Positions 34,407-45,019 of a DNA stretch of 64,000 nucleotides are shown here, piece by piece. Position numbers and translations under genes: made by a program. The notes beneath the pieces were generated by a model, which was not told the DNA's origin, made no database searches, and was given only the letters and a program-made list of their open reading frames with translations. Position 1 is the first letter of the stretch, and every line of letters starts with the position of its first letter. Origin of the DNA: TPA_inf: Saccharomyces (lineage: Eukaryota); contig BK006939.2 of NCBI GenBank assembly GCA_000146045.2, positions 1 through 64,000 on the forward strand. Direction: 5' to 3'.

Positions 34407-36254
34407 ATGCTAAGCTATTTCCAAGGGTTTGTGCCCATACACACAATATTTTACTCCGTGTTCCATCCTACAGAAGGTTCTAAGATTAAATACGAGTTTC
34501 CGCCAAATAATTTGAAAAATCATGGTATTAATTTCAACACATTTAAAAACTACATCATACCGAAGCCTATATTATGCCACAAGTTGATCACTTTTAAGTA
34601 TGGTACATATAGGATTGTATGTTATCCTGTGACAATCAATTCTCCAATATATGCTAGGAATTTTTTTAGTTTTAATTTTGTATTTGTATTCCCATATGAT
34701 TGTGAGACGTCTCCCTACGAACCAGCTATTACTAGGCTGGGCAAAATGTTCAAAGTTCTTGAAGAACAAAATCAATTGCTATCCAAATCGGAAAGAGATC
34801 CAGTTTTCTTCGATTTGAAGGTGTTGGAAAACTCCACAACAACACCCTCCACTGCAGGTCCTTCATCCACGCCAAATCCTAGTAGTAACACCACACCAAC
34901 TCATCCTACATCCGAAAAGGATACAAAGGATATGAGAAGCAGCAGATACAGTGACCTTATCAAGGATTTGGGCCTTCCGCAATCCGCATTTTCCATACAA
35001 GATTTATTGATGAGAATTTTCCAAGACCTGAATAACTATTCCGAATGCCTCATACCAATTGATGAGGGAAATGCAGTAGACATAAAGATTTTTCCGCTGT
35101 TGAGACCACCGACAACTTGTGTCTCATTAGAAGATGTGCCCCTGTCGTCTGTAAATTTGAAGAAGATTATTGATGTCAACTGGGATCCAACCATGATGAG
35201 TATAGTCCCTTACATTGATGGCTTAAACAGCATTGCCAAAATTTCTAAACTAAGCAACAGTGATCCTGGCCTAGTGATAGAGTGCATACGTCACTTAATA
35301 TACTATAAGTGTGTTACATTATCAGATATTTTCCAATTTTCTAACATATACGCTCCTTCTTCATTAATTAGGAATTTTTTGACTGATCCACTAATGGCTA
35401 GTGACTGTCAATCTTATGTTACGTTCCCAGAAGTGTCTAAAATATCGAACTTGCCCTTAAACAAAAGTCTGGGTTCAGGTGACCAAGACTCACCATCATT
35501 TTCTGTACGAAGAAAATCCAAATCATCTAGCATACCGTCAAACCCGGATTCTAGAACTACATCTTTTAGTTCTACCAGTAGAGTTTCTCAAAACTCCTCC
35601 TTAAATTCCTCTTTTTCATCAATTTATAAAGACTGGAGGCAATCACAAACCTCCTGCTCGAGTTCAAATATTCATGTCATCAACAATCGTAACCGATTCC
35701 TACCAACAAGATCATGCCTATTTGACCTTTATAGGTCACTTTCACAAGGTCAAACGCTGAAAACATGGTATGAGTCGAAATATATGATTTTAAAAGAAAA
35801 TAACATTGATATAAGAAGGTTCATAACGTTTGGCCTGGAAAAACGTATCATTTACAGGTGCTACTCTTTTCCTGTAATGATAAATGCAGGTTCACGTGAA
35901 CCAAAAGAAATGACACCAATAATAACAAAAGATTTAGTGAATAATGATAAGTTACTTGAAAAAAGAAATCACAATCATTTGCTTTCAGCCACAGGGTCTA
36001 GAAATACGGCACAATCCGGCAACTTGAAACCAGAAAGACCATCAAAGGTTTCATTTGAAATGCAAAGGGTAAGTTCGTTGGCAACAGGCAAAAGTACTAT
36101 GCCGAAACTCAGCGACGAAGAAGAAGGTATTCTTGAAGAGTCTATTAGGAATGCCGAAACATTTGATAAAATTTGCGTTTTACTGAGCAAGCCTAAATTA
36201 GAAGTCGAAAGCTACCTAAACGAATTAGGAGAATTTAAGGTAATTAATAGCTGA
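34407..36254 (+). CDS. NPR2: SEACIT/Iml1-complex subunit, nitrogen permease regulator (615 aa).
   Basis: The known start, MLSYFQGFVPIH, is the internal Met at codon 10 of the ORF. The protein has a Ser-rich central region. Confidence 0.85.
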   Translation: MLSYFQGFVPIHTIFYSVFHPTEGSKIKYEFPPNNLKNHGINFNTFKNYIIPKPILCHKLITFKYGTYRIVCYPVTINSPIYARNFFSFNFVFVFPYDCETSPYEPAITRLGKMFKVLEEQNQLLSKSERDPVFFDLKVLENSTTTPSTAGPSSTPNPSSNTTPTHPTSEKDTKDMRSSRYSDLIKDLGLPQSAFSIQDLLMRIFQDLNNYSECLIPIDEGNAVDIKIFPLLRPPTTCVSLEDVPLSSVNLKKIIDVNWDPTMMSIVPYIDGLNSIAKISKLSNSDPGLVIECIRHLIYYKCVTLSDIFQFSNIYAPSSLIRNFLTDPLMASDCQSYVTFPEVSKISNLPLNKSLGSGDQDSPSFSVRRKSKSSSIPSNPDSRTTSFSSTSRVSQNSSLNSSFSSIYKDWRQSQTSCSSSNIHVINNRNRFLPTRSCLFDLYRSLSQGQTLKTWYESKYMILKENNIDIRRFITFGLEKRIIYRCYSFPVMINAGSREPKEMTPIITKDLVNNDKLLEKRNHNHLLSATGSRNTAQSGNLKPERPSKVSFEMQRVSSLATGKSTMPKLSDEEEGILEESIRNAETFDKICVLLSKPKLEVESYLNELGEFKVINS

Positions 36255-36534
36255 GTTAAAATTAGAGAAATTCATTGTCCATCAAAATGTTTTTTTTTTT
36301 TTTTAATATTACAACTTATTTCCGTAAATAAAGATAGTACACACGAATCCAAACGTTTATATAGTTAGCTCTGTGAAAATTTGATTTAGGTTCATCTCTT
36401 GGTGTGTTTGGTAGAGGTGGTTTCACACCCTTCTCTTCTGTCTTGCCTTCTAATGAATAACTGAGTATTCTTTACATACTTTGTTTTTATTAACCACTAG
36501 TTTGAATATATATTCGACTGAAAGGCAATATCAA

Positions 36535-39500
36535 CTATTCAATCTTTAACATTTTTCTCGAGCCCTCATTGTCCACATTTTCACTGGATTTGTTTTCATC
36601 TTCAATTGCATGCTTTTTGGGCGATATTACACTTTGCACTGAATTGCTATTTATGTTTGATAACCTTAACGGCATTTTCTTACTTAGATTTGGTATTTCC
36701 TTCAATATGTTCTCGATCATTTCGTCTTTGGTAGCGTTTTCCTTGTTACCATAGTTTTTCATTATGTTTTCAATCGTATTATAGATATCATCCACATTAG
36801 TTATATGAGAGTGTGTTGATGTTATCGAATTTTTAATGTTATCTTTCAACATGTTATGCTTGTTAATAAGCTGCTCAAATTGATCATTAAATTTGGTATT
36901 GTTCTTCAAAAGGGATATAGCGTTCTCCGATTCTTCCACTTGTCCTTTCATGACTGAAATAGACTCATTCATCGAATTTGATGATGTATCAACAGTACTC
37001 TTGATTTGCGATAGCGTCGCTGCCATGCTATTATAGAATTCGTTATTCATGGAGTCACAATCATTTATCAGATCAAATGAATTTTCCCATTTAACGCGCT
37101 TGGGTTCAAACAGATCCATTTCTTGATCAATAACCGCGCTGGTTGCAGTTGTCAGATTCTGCATTATTAGTTTTTTATTTTCGTCAAGGTGGTCATTTAG
37201 GACCTTTTTAAAGTTCTCAACAAACTCGTTTGTTCTCTTCTCAATATTTTCATAAGTAGAATCCACATGACGATTCAGTAATTCTTGATGGTTATTCTTG
37301 AAAAAATGGTTTTTTAAGTACTGTTTCATGTTGTTATTTTCTTCGCTAATATCAGAAAGATTCTCGGCTATATTTTTATAAAATTTTTGGAAATCTACTC
37401 TTATTATGTCGATTTTCTCAATAACAACATTGAAGAATTTAGGAGATTCGTTTAAAATTTTCTTCACACAGTCTTTGTACATTAGTTCAGCTTTTTCTTG
37501 CATGGTTCTCATAAGAGTCAGTACTTCATTTTTGATCATATCAAGATTTGGTTGGATATTAGTCTCTTGAAGAATACTTTCCTGTTGCATAGTGTTTAAT
37601 TGTAAAAACAGTGTAGATTTCAATTTTTTAATTTCTTTAGTAATATGCATTTCAAACTTTTGATTAAGGTCAAGTTCTCTTTTTTTGTAATCATGTAGGG
37701 CCATTTGCATTACCTCAGTCAACTTCTGTAGTTTGTTATTAAAATCGGATATTTCAATTTCAGTTTTATGCTGTTTATCTAGTTGTGCCCTTAAATGATC
37801 TATGGTAGTTTTCAATGATTCTATTTGGCAATTTTGAGATTGAATAGTTTCTTTTGACTTCAATTTATCTTTTACTAGCAATGCATTTTTCGATGTCAAA
37901 CTTTCAATTTCTCTTTTACATTCTTGAACTTCATTTTTATAACTTTCTAAATCACTGTTCAAATTTTTGTAGTGATCTTGGCTCATATATATTCCTTCTT
38001 TGGACTTTGTAGAGAGTAAATCGGATTTAATCTTTGCTAATTCCATAGTTATATTTTTAACCAAAATATCCTTCATTATAAATGAACCCAGTTGCGGCTT
38101 GTTCTTAATGTTTTTAGCCTTCGAAGCATACTCTAATGTACTGCAGGTTTCTTCAGAAGTTACCTTTGCAGGCGATATAGTAGCAATTAGTGCGGTTTTC
38201 GTATTACCACCCAGGGAATCTTGAAGCAGGCGGGTCAATTTCGATTCACGGAAAGGTATATGGCCGCTTTTATCTACGAGTGCGTTTATGACCCTGCCCA
38301 GCGTCAATAGACTTTGGTTGATTGAACCAGCTTCTTTGGCACGTTGATTTAATGCTCCGGATCTGTTGATGTTTTCTGAACCAGCTAAATCCACAAGATT
38401 CATTTTGGAAATTCTAAATAGTTCATCCTGATGCTTCTTATACAAAGTGATTGTAAAAATGGTATGAGATCTACTGGAAAAATCGTTCATTTTAGTGGAC
38501 GCTACTTGCCTATGCTTTAAGCCTTTTTGTAATAGGTTTAGCCCCTCCATAGCATTTGTTATGTGAAATTCTTGCAAATTCTGGATGTATATACCATTAG
38601 TTTGGTCATTTGGAGCCATCGAACTTCTTTGACCGTTATTTGTGTTGGTGTTACTAGAAGCATTATTAGTGGTAGAGCCAGAGTTAGAGGAAGAGTTGTT
38701 CCTGGAATTCACTGCCTGTTGTTGTTGATACTGTTGCTTGATGGTATTCGGCAGTGATTTTGTCCTTAACCTTTTTCTTAATAGAGCAGCTTTAGGTGTT
38801 AGATCATTTAATGACCTCGGAGAACTGTTCCTAGAATTACTCCTGGAACTACTAGCACTGTTGCTAGTGGTATTATTTGCTGTGCTTGAATCAAAAATCC
38901 TCAATTTTTTCATAAATTGGCCGTCAAAGCCAGTATTACTAGAGCCGTTGCTATTGCTGTCCAAGAGGTCCTTCAATTCTTCGTTGTAGAGTTCAATGAA
39001 CGAACATTTTACTACGTAATCGTTCTGTTGTAGTTCCAATGTGTCAAACAACTTCAAAAGAACCCTCGGTATAATTCCTGCTGCATCGCTCAATTCACCA
39101 TTATATAACTTTTCGTCGCCCGTCATTGTATATGTTTTACCTGTTGACGTCATACCATATACCAGTACGGTGCAATTGTAACCTTTAATGAAATCCTGGA
39201 ATAATGGGCCCGCCACTTCATCAAAAATTAGATCCTGGGAAGCGCCGGGACCGAAGACTTTGTCCACTGTGTATCTCTTGGCATTCATTTGAGCAGTTAT
39301 ACCGGTATCTCCCGTCGTGTTAATGGAAATTTCTTTAGAACCTGTAATATCTGGAACATTTACCACAACGGAGCTTTTCATACTAATTTCCCTTTCATTC
39401 CTTCCTCTGCATCGCACAGCTACAGTGATGTTCAGTTCCTCATTAGGAACAGTGTGACATCCAACCTGAGAGTTGCCATTTTTACTGATGCTGTTGGAGC

Positions 39501-39537
39501 TTCTATCTTGACCCGTATTTTGGTTTTCCGCTGGCAT
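36535..39537 (-). CDS. CIN8: Kinesin-5 (BimC family) mitotic motor (1000 aa).
   Basis: A kinesin motor domain with GMTSTGKTYTM, SSRSH and LVDLAGSE motifs and a long coiled-coil tail. The ORF-track start is GTG at 39684; the ATG is at 39537 (MPAENQN...). The large Asn/Ser-rich loop-8 insert is present. Confidence 0.92.
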   Translation of the reverse strand: MPAENQNTGQDRSSNSISKNGNSQVGCHTVPNEELNITVAVRCRGRNEREISMKSSVVVNVPDITGSKEISINTTGDTGITAQMNAKRYTVDKVFGPGASQDLIFDEVAGPLFQDFIKGYNCTVLVYGMTSTGKTYTMTGDEKLYNGELSDAAGIIPRVLLKLFDTLELQQNDYVVKCSFIELYNEELKDLLDSNSNGSSNTGFDGQFMKKLRIFDSSTANNTTSNSASSSRSNSRNSSPRSLNDLTPKAALLRKRLRTKSLPNTIKQQYQQQQAVNSRNNSSSNSGSTTNNASSNTNTNNGQRSSMAPNDQTNGIYIQNLQEFHITNAMEGLNLLQKGLKHRQVASTKMNDFSSRSHTIFTITLYKKHQDELFRISKMNLVDLAGSENINRSGALNQRAKEAGSINQSLLTLGRVINALVDKSGHIPFRESKLTRLLQDSLGGNTKTALIATISPAKVTSEETCSTLEYASKAKNIKNKPQLGSFIMKDILVKNITMELAKIKSDLLSTKSKEGIYMSQDHYKNLNSDLESYKNEVQECKREIESLTSKNALLVKDKLKSKETIQSQNCQIESLKTTIDHLRAQLDKQHKTEIEISDFNNKLQKLTEVMQMALHDYKKRELDLNQKFEMHITKEIKKLKSTLFLQLNTMQQESILQETNIQPNLDMIKNEVLTLMRTMQEKAELMYKDCVKKILNESPKFFNVVIEKIDIIRVDFQKFYKNIAENLSDISEENNNMKQYLKNHFFKNNHQELLNRHVDSTYENIEKRTNEFVENFKKVLNDHLDENKKLIMQNLTTATSAVIDQEMDLFEPKRVKWENSFDLINDCDSMNNEFYNSMAATLSQIKSTVDTSSNSMNESISVMKGQVEESENAISLLKNNTKFNDQFEQLINKHNMLKDNIKNSITSTHSHITNVDDIYNTIENIMKNYGNKENATKDEMIENILKEIPNLSKKMPLRLSNINSNSVQSVISPKKHAIEDENKSSENVDNEGSRKMLKIE

Positions 39538-40045
39538 CAAACAAATTCTTTCTTGTTGTATTTTTTGCGCTTTTATATACTTTTTATTACTTTTTCCTTT
39601 GAATTGCTTGCTTCTGTATCTATACTCAACGTTACTTTCTGGCCATACCATAAGTTCTACACCCGCTGTTGAGAAGCGGGTCACAAAGGAAGTCTTTAGA
39701 TGATGTTATTGTTGCGGCCTTGTTTGTTTGTTTTGTTTATTTCGCGTACCTAATACATCGTCACCACACACGAAAACGAAAACATTTGATCAGATAAGTG
39801 ATCTGCAAATAAGATATAATAAAAGTAACAGTTATTTATTTAATTAAAAACGCAAATATGTAGTAATACGTGGGACATATAAATTTCATGAATTAAAAAA
39901 AAAAAATGAAATTCAGATTGAAAATAATGGGGATATAAAAAAAGTGGACAAACGATAGTGAAGAGGGACTCCGACTTGTAACCTCGAGACGCCTAAGGAA
40001 AGAAAAAGAAAAAAAAAAGCAGCTGAAATTTTTCTAAATGAAGAA

Positions 40046-41953
40046 TTAAATAATATTCAATTTATCAAGAATATCTCTCACTTGATCAAAGATTAAATCG
40101 GTCTTTGATCCAATGAATTCATCCATGTTCAATTCTTGCTTGAAACCAGATGAATGGGACTTTTTGGTATCATTCCAGAAAGCGGACAAATCTTGACCAC
40201 CACCGTTGTAGATTAAAACATTTGGAGTGTCTTCAGGGATATCGAACAAAATGTCCTTTGTACTGTAATGAATTAGCTTCTTTTTCAATTGCTGAGGAGT
40301 CAAAGAATCCTGGCCCAATTCGAAAAATTCACTATCAGAACCTGGTTGCAAAGACAAAAAGTAGGTCAACAAACCAGCAACGTGAGGGGAAGCCATTGAG
40401 GTACCCGATAAAGTGGCGGTGGCGTCATCACTTCCAATGTAGGTGGACAAAATGTTTAAACCTGGGGCGAAAACGTCGACACACTTACCCCAGTTGGAAA
40501 AGTAGGCTCTGTCATCGCTCAACGTGGAAGCTCCGACGGTGATGGCCTTGTCAGCAGAAGCTGGGGAGGTATTACAAGCGTCTTGGTTTTCGTTACCAGC
40601 AGCCACGGCAAAGTGAATACCGACTTCAACGGCTGCATTAACAGCCAAGTCCAAAGCTGGGGACTTGCCACCACCAAGCGACATATTGGCTGTGGAACCT
40701 TTGAACCCCTTTTTCTTTTCTTGGGCTTCTTTTTGGTGCGCCTTTGCGGCATATTCGACACCTTTGACGACATCAGACATGGTACCAGACCCGTTTGATC
40801 TCAAGACTTTCACCGCAACAACGTTGGCATTTTTAGCGACACCGTAGTGTTTGGAAGCGATAGTACCGGCACAGTGGGTACCGTGGCCGTTACCGTCGAG
40901 ATCTTCGTCGTTAAGTGGGATGGTTTTCCCCCAAATGGCTCTCTTTTCGAAGTCCTTGTGGTTGATGTTGACACCCGTGTCAATAACATAGGACGTGACA
41001 CCGCGACCGGCATCATCATCGTAGAGATACTTGTTGAAGGACCCCAGGTTGAGGCGCTCTCTGTGGGAAATACGGGCCAACCCCCATGGGGCGCTATTTT
41101 GAGTGTCAAATTCTGTAGCCTCGACAATAGAGTCTCTCTCAACAAAGTCTACTAATGGGTTTTGACGTATCAAGTCGACAATCTCTTGGGTGAAGTAACC
41201 GATGTAACCGGAGAAAAGATTATCGATGTTGAATGAGTCCTGGATACCGCCAGCCTCAGAGGTGGACAAGGAGGTGTCTTTAGTAGAAATGAAGAAAGCG
41301 TCTTCGGCAGATAAGTTCTCTACGGATTGAAGTTGTGCCTGCTGGACGTTTTCCTTGTGGAAATCGATCTCTTCTTGAGGGGCACCTCTCTTGAAGACTA
41401 TAATGTAGCGGTTGGGGATGATCTTGGAGATCGCGTCTGGGTTGAATTGTGCAGTGGACACGAGAGGAGCCAGCCTGTTGTGGTGCCTCCCTTTCTCCAA
41501 CGTCTTTTCGTGGTGCTTCTTGCCCTTGACTTTCTTACCTTTCATCTTCTTCTCCTCCACCTTATTTTCGTGGCAGCCACCCTTATGGTGAGGCTTCTTC
41601 TTCTTATCATCATTATCATCATCATTGGAACTTTCATGCTTAGGCTTCATGCCCTTTCCTCCCTCGTGGGCGCTCCCATGAGAGCCACTTGCACGTTTAC
41701 CGTTGAATTCCGGAGACTCCTTGTCTTGGCCCTTGCGGCCCTTCTTATGGAACTTTCCATGTTCTTTATCTTCAGAGTCAGATGGCTCCTCATCATCGTC
41801 CTTAGTGAATTCCACTTTTCTGGGTCTCTCGTGGTGATCTTCCTTGTTAATCAGTTCGTGGTGGTCGGCGGCATTTTCAAGATTTGGGATGACCAAAGCA
41901 GCAGAGATGCTCCCTAGGGCACCGAGTGTAAATAGAGTATTTTCTAACTTCAT
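40046..41953 (-). CDS. PRB1: Vacuolar proteinase B, a subtilisin-family serine protease precursor (635 aa).
   Basis: A signal peptide, a long Lys/His-rich propeptide and a subtilase catalytic domain (DTG...HGTHCAG...GTSMASPH). Confidence 0.92.
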   Translation of the reverse strand: MKLENTLFTLGALGSISAALVIPNLENAADHHELINKEDHHERPRKVEFTKDDDEEPSDSEDKEHGKFHKKGRKGQDKESPEFNGKRASGSHGSAHEGGKGMKPKHESSNDDDNDDKKKKPHHKGGCHENKVEEKKMKGKKVKGKKHHEKTLEKGRHHNRLAPLVSTAQFNPDAISKIIPNRYIIVFKRGAPQEEIDFHKENVQQAQLQSVENLSAEDAFFISTKDTSLSTSEAGGIQDSFNIDNLFSGYIGYFTQEIVDLIRQNPLVDFVERDSIVEATEFDTQNSAPWGLARISHRERLNLGSFNKYLYDDDAGRGVTSYVIDTGVNINHKDFEKRAIWGKTIPLNDEDLDGNGHGTHCAGTIASKHYGVAKNANVVAVKVLRSNGSGTMSDVVKGVEYAAKAHQKEAQEKKKGFKGSTANMSLGGGKSPALDLAVNAAVEVGIHFAVAAGNENQDACNTSPASADKAITVGASTLSDDRAYFSNWGKCVDVFAPGLNILSTYIGSDDATATLSGTSMASPHVAGLLTYFLSLQPGSDSEFFELGQDSLTPQQLKKKLIHYSTKDILFDIPEDTPNVLIYNGGGQDLSAFWNDTKKSHSSGFKQELNMDEFIGSKTDLIFDQVRDILDKLNII

Positions 41954-42399
41954 CTTTGCTTGTTAGAATTAGGTTTAGTTTGTTTTTTTATTGGCGATGA
42001 AGCTAATTGGACTCTTAAGTTTGTATGGGAAGAACTCCAATATAACGGGACGTAACATTGGCCCCCTTTTATATTCATCGCGCTCTTTATCGCGGGTGTG
42101 TTTGCCCCCGCCACTCCCGCAGTCCTGGCGTGATAAGCCACTGCAGTGGCATTACTGAGCCCAAATTTTGCTTTTTCAACAAGTCACCTAAATTTCCAAA
42201 GCCGAAAGCCCTGCTACTCTGCTAACCCGGAGCGTTTAAAGTCCACGGACATTTCCCAGCCCTCGTTTTTTCTCCTCCCGGGACCCCGGGCATAAGTGCA
42301 TAGTAGGCACAGACCTGATCTGTCGGGTGCAGTTTAAAAAAGTCTTGGCAAAATTTTTTATTTATCACACTACTGTGCTATATAGAGTATATGTAATTT

Positions 42400-42624
42400 T
42401 TAACTATTGGTATATGTGTCCGTGACCTCGTAGTTAGTGGCTGATTTGTCGGGTGCAATGCAGTGTTCAAAAAGCCTCTTAAAAGGCGAGCAGACGTATT
42501 CGGCTCCTTTGAATTGGCACTCCCATTGCACAAGCTCTTTCAGCCGGCAGTTGGTTTGTGAGTCAAGCGTTGCTAACGGTGCGAGCGCTTGGTCCCTAGT
42601 GCGGATGGTGGTTGGAGGCGCCAT
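42400..42624 (-). CDS. SOM1: Mitochondrial inner-membrane peptidase complex subunit (74 aa).
   Basis: The 74-aa ORF, MAPPTTIRTRDQALAPL...CSPFKRLFEHC, matches SOM1. Confidence 0.7.
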   Translation of the reverse strand: MAPPTTIRTRDQALAPLATLDSQTNCRLKELVQWECQFKGAEYVCSPFKRLFEHCIAPDKSATNYEVTDTYTNS

Positions 42625-43251
42625 GAGGGTTGATTGTCTTATCTGCGATAGATGAGTCTTTCTTTCCTTCTCTTTTCCCCTTTTCTCCCCCCCTGTTTCT
42701 CGTCCATCTCTATCTGTCTATCTGTCTTATCTACTGTTAGTTTTTTTTTCGCTTTCACGATACCGCATTACGTACTGCGCTGCGGAAGTGTGGATGAGTG
42801 GCATATACACTCTTCTGCAGAGGATTTTCGTACACAACGGTGTGTGTGTGCTGTGAAGCTGTCTGCTTCCTTACTTGGCTGTTTGCTTGCTTGTGCGTCA
42901 TGGTCACTTTTGTTAGAAGTGAGCCGCATAAAATGGCATGTCGGCACAGCCTACAGTTAAAAATTAAGCATATCTGACTGTTTATCTGTTTATCTGTTTA
43001 TACACGGTGAACTGTCACGAGAACCCTTACTTGCACGATTAGCAGATTGTTCAGAGAGCCTCGCTCGTTGAAGTTCTTCTATATGCCAGCGTGTTTCATG
43101 TAGCAGGAAACGTTGCTCTATTTATATCTTTTCTGACATTTTGCGTCGTCGGGAAAAAAAAGATTAAGTAAGAACAAAAAACCGTTAATGGTTTCAGCAA
43201 TCGAGACAAGTACAAGGACCAAGGCAAAGGTCAGCAGTAAGCTTAGAGACG

Positions 43252-44925
43252 ATGAAGGTTGATTACGAGCAATTGTGCAAACTCTACGATGACACGTGCC
43301 GCACAAAGAATGTGCAGTTCAGTTACGGTACGGCCGGATTCAGAACGCTGGCCAAGAATTTGGATACGGTGATGTTCAGTACTGGTATACTGGCGGTTCT
43401 CAGGTCGCTGAAGCTTCAGGGTCAGTATGTGGGGGTGATGATCACGGCGTCGCACAACCCATACCAGGACAACGGGGTCAAGATCGTGGAACCAGACGGA
43501 TCGATGCTTTTGGCCACATGGGAGCCATATGCCATGCAGTTGGCCAATGCGGCCTCTTTTGCCACTAATTTTGAAGAATTTCGTGTTGAGTTGGCCAAGC
43601 TGATTGAACACGAAAAGATTGATTTGAATACAACCGTCGTGCCTCACATCGTGGTTGGGAGAGACTCTAGGGAAAGTAGTCCATACTTGCTGCGCTGCTT
43701 GACTTCCTCCATGGCCAGCGTCTTCCACGCGCAAGTTTTGGACCTAGGCTGTGTCACTACGCCTCAATTGCATTACATTACTGATTTGTCCAACAGGCGG
43801 AAACTGGAAGGAGACACAGCGCCAGTTGCCACAGAACAGGACTACTATTCGTTCTTTATAGGAGCCTTCAACGAGCTCTTCGCCACGTATCAGCTGGAGA
43901 AGAGGCTGTCTGTCCCAAAATTGTTCATAGACACAGCCAATGGTATCGGTGGTCCACAGTTGAAAAAACTACTGGCCTCCGAAGATTGGGACGTGCCAGC
44001 GGAGCAAGTTGAGGTAATCAACGACAGGTCCGATGTTCCAGAACTGTTGAATTTTGAATGCGGTGCGGATTATGTGAAGACTAACCAGAGATTACCCAAG
44101 GGTCTTTCTCCATCCTCGTTTGATTCGCTATATTGCTCCTTTGATGGTGACGCAGACAGGGTTGTGTTCTACTATGTCGACTCAGGATCAAAATTTCATT
44201 TGTTGGATGGTGACAAAATTTCCACTTTGTTTGCAAAGTTCTTGTCTAAACAACTAGAATTGGCACACCTAGAACATTCTTTGAAGATTGGTGTTGTGCA
44301 AACTGCCTATGCAAACGGCAGTTCCACCGCTTACATAAAAAATACGTTGCACTGTCCCGTGTCTTGCACTAAGACAGGTGTTAAACACTTGCATCATGAA
44401 GCTGCCACTCAGTACGATATTGGCATTTATTTCGAAGCAAATGGACATGGTACGATTATATTCAGCGAAAAATTTCATCGAACTATCAAATCTGAATTAT
44501 CCAAGTCCAAGTTAAATGGTGATACGTTAGCTTTGAGAACTTTGAAGTGTTTCTCTGAATTGATTAATCAGACCGTGGGAGATGCTATTTCAGACATGCT
44601 TGCTGTCCTTGCTACTTTGGCGATTTTGAAAATGTCGCCAATGGATTGGGATGAAGAGTATACTGATTTGCCCAACAAGCTGGTTAAGTGCATCGTTCCT
44701 GATAGGTCAATTTTCCAAACCACGGACCAGGAAAGAAAATTGCTCAATCCAGTGGGGTTGCAAGACAAGATAGATCTTGTGGTAGCCAAGTATCCCATGG
44801 GAAGAAGCTTTGTCAGAGCCAGTGGTACGGAGGATGCGGTGAGGGTTTATGCGGAATGTAAGGACTCCTCTAAGTTAGGTCAATTTTGTGACGAAGTGGT
44901 GGAGCACGTTAAGGCATCTGCTTGA
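43252..44925 (+). CDS. PCM1: Phosphoacetylglucosamine mutase (557 aa).
   Basis: A phosphohexomutase family protein with the active-site motif TASHNP and the correct size. Confidence 0.92.
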   Translation: MKVDYEQLCKLYDDTCRTKNVQFSYGTAGFRTLAKNLDTVMFSTGILAVLRSLKLQGQYVGVMITASHNPYQDNGVKIVEPDGSMLLATWEPYAMQLANAASFATNFEEFRVELAKLIEHEKIDLNTTVVPHIVVGRDSRESSPYLLRCLTSSMASVFHAQVLDLGCVTTPQLHYITDLSNRRKLEGDTAPVATEQDYYSFFIGAFNELFATYQLEKRLSVPKLFIDTANGIGGPQLKKLLASEDWDVPAEQVEVINDRSDVPELLNFECGADYVKTNQRLPKGLSPSSFDSLYCSFDGDADRVVFYYVDSGSKFHLLDGDKISTLFAKFLSKQLELAHLEHSLKIGVVQTAYANGSSTAYIKNTLHCPVSCTKTGVKHLHHEAATQYDIGIYFEANGHGTIIFSEKFHRTIKSELSKSKLNGDTLALRTLKCFSELINQTVGDAISDMLAVLATLAILKMSPMDWDEEYTDLPNKLVKCIVPDRSIFQTTDQERKLLNPVGLQDKIDLVVAKYPMGRSFVRASGTEDAVRVYAECKDSSKLGQFCDEVVEHVKASA

Positions 44926-45019
44926 AAGCATTATTCGATGTATAGTATAGCTATTTAGATATACAGAGAGATAAATGAAAGAGAAAAAATATTGGTATCA
45001 ATCAACGTTTGTTACAGGC

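Noticed and set aside
40150-41917. Several 70-196 aa ORFs on both strands within PRB1 (40150..40542, 40583..40798, 40847..41155, 41327..41917).
   Set aside because: These are antisense or out-of-frame readings inside a well-supported protease CDS. The His/Lys-rich propeptide codons read open in other frames.
42652-42960. ORF 42652..42960 on the plus strand (102 aa, Leu/Ser/Phe-rich).
   Set aside because: It is the translation of the polypyrimidine CT tract in the SOM1/PCM1 divergent promoter, so it is compositional rather than coding.
43243-43734. 163-aa minus-strand ORF overlapping the PCM1 5' end, and a 90-aa plus-strand ORF at 43296..43568.
   Set aside because: Both are antisense or alternate-frame readings of the GC-richer PCM1 N-terminal coding region, with no independent support.
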